Below, one piece after another: positions 63,986 through 64,000 of a stretch of 64,000 nt of DNA. The notes under the pieces were generated by a model, which did not search any database, was not told the origin of the DNA, and saw nothing but the letters and a program-made list of their open reading frames with translations. The position numbers and the translations under genes are program-made. The number at the start of each line of letters is the position of its first letter. Positions within the stretch are counted from its first letter, which is position 1. Origin of the DNA: Amphiscolops sp. MND2022 (lineage: Eukaryota). The stretch lies in the NCBI GenBank assembly GCA_964187785.1, contig OZ076412.1, positions 39,928,001 through 39,992,000 on the forward strand, given 5' to 3'.

Positions 63986-64000
63986 ACTTACCTGACACCA
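63986..64000 (-). other. Consensus 5' splice donor at the window edge (possible upstream OGFOD1 exon end)
   Basis: The minus strand reads TGGTGTCAG|GTAAGT with GT at 63991-63990. Only 9 putative exonic nt are visible. Confidence 0.3.

Overview
AT-rich eukaryotic (animal-like) genomic DNA. There is no prokaryotic operon, CRISPR, rRNA or intact tRNA. Two spliced minus-strand genes can be rebuilt by hand. (1) A complete 3-exon, 470-aa SLC16/MCT-like MFS transporter: 11333-11242, 11080-10881, 2173-1053. (2) The last two exons of an OGFOD1/Tpa1-like 2OG-Fe(II) oxygenase: 20910-20709, 20246-20087. Both models need a GC-AG intron with a non-consensus donor. About 50 bp past the OGFOD1 acceptor, a ~40-kb tandem array begins (about 20960-61010), apparently inside the upstream OGFOD1 intron. 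Its units form a nested series: ~2.93-kb units on the left, 18 nearly identical ~1.41-kb units in the core, and two ~2.24-kb units plus degenerate units on the right. The units are chimeras of decayed coding fragments: the N-terminal half of an OTU cysteine protease, a Cys-rich/GGW protein I cannot name, and a possible SGNH-like fragment. An uninterrupted but decayed OTU plus a Cys/His-rich ORF lies just right of the array (61.5-63 kb) and is the likely donor. The 2-20 kb region holds two inverted piggyBac-type MITEs, a decayed ~175-bp satellite with a 1-kb triplication, and a MULE transposase relic. All alignments were done by eye.
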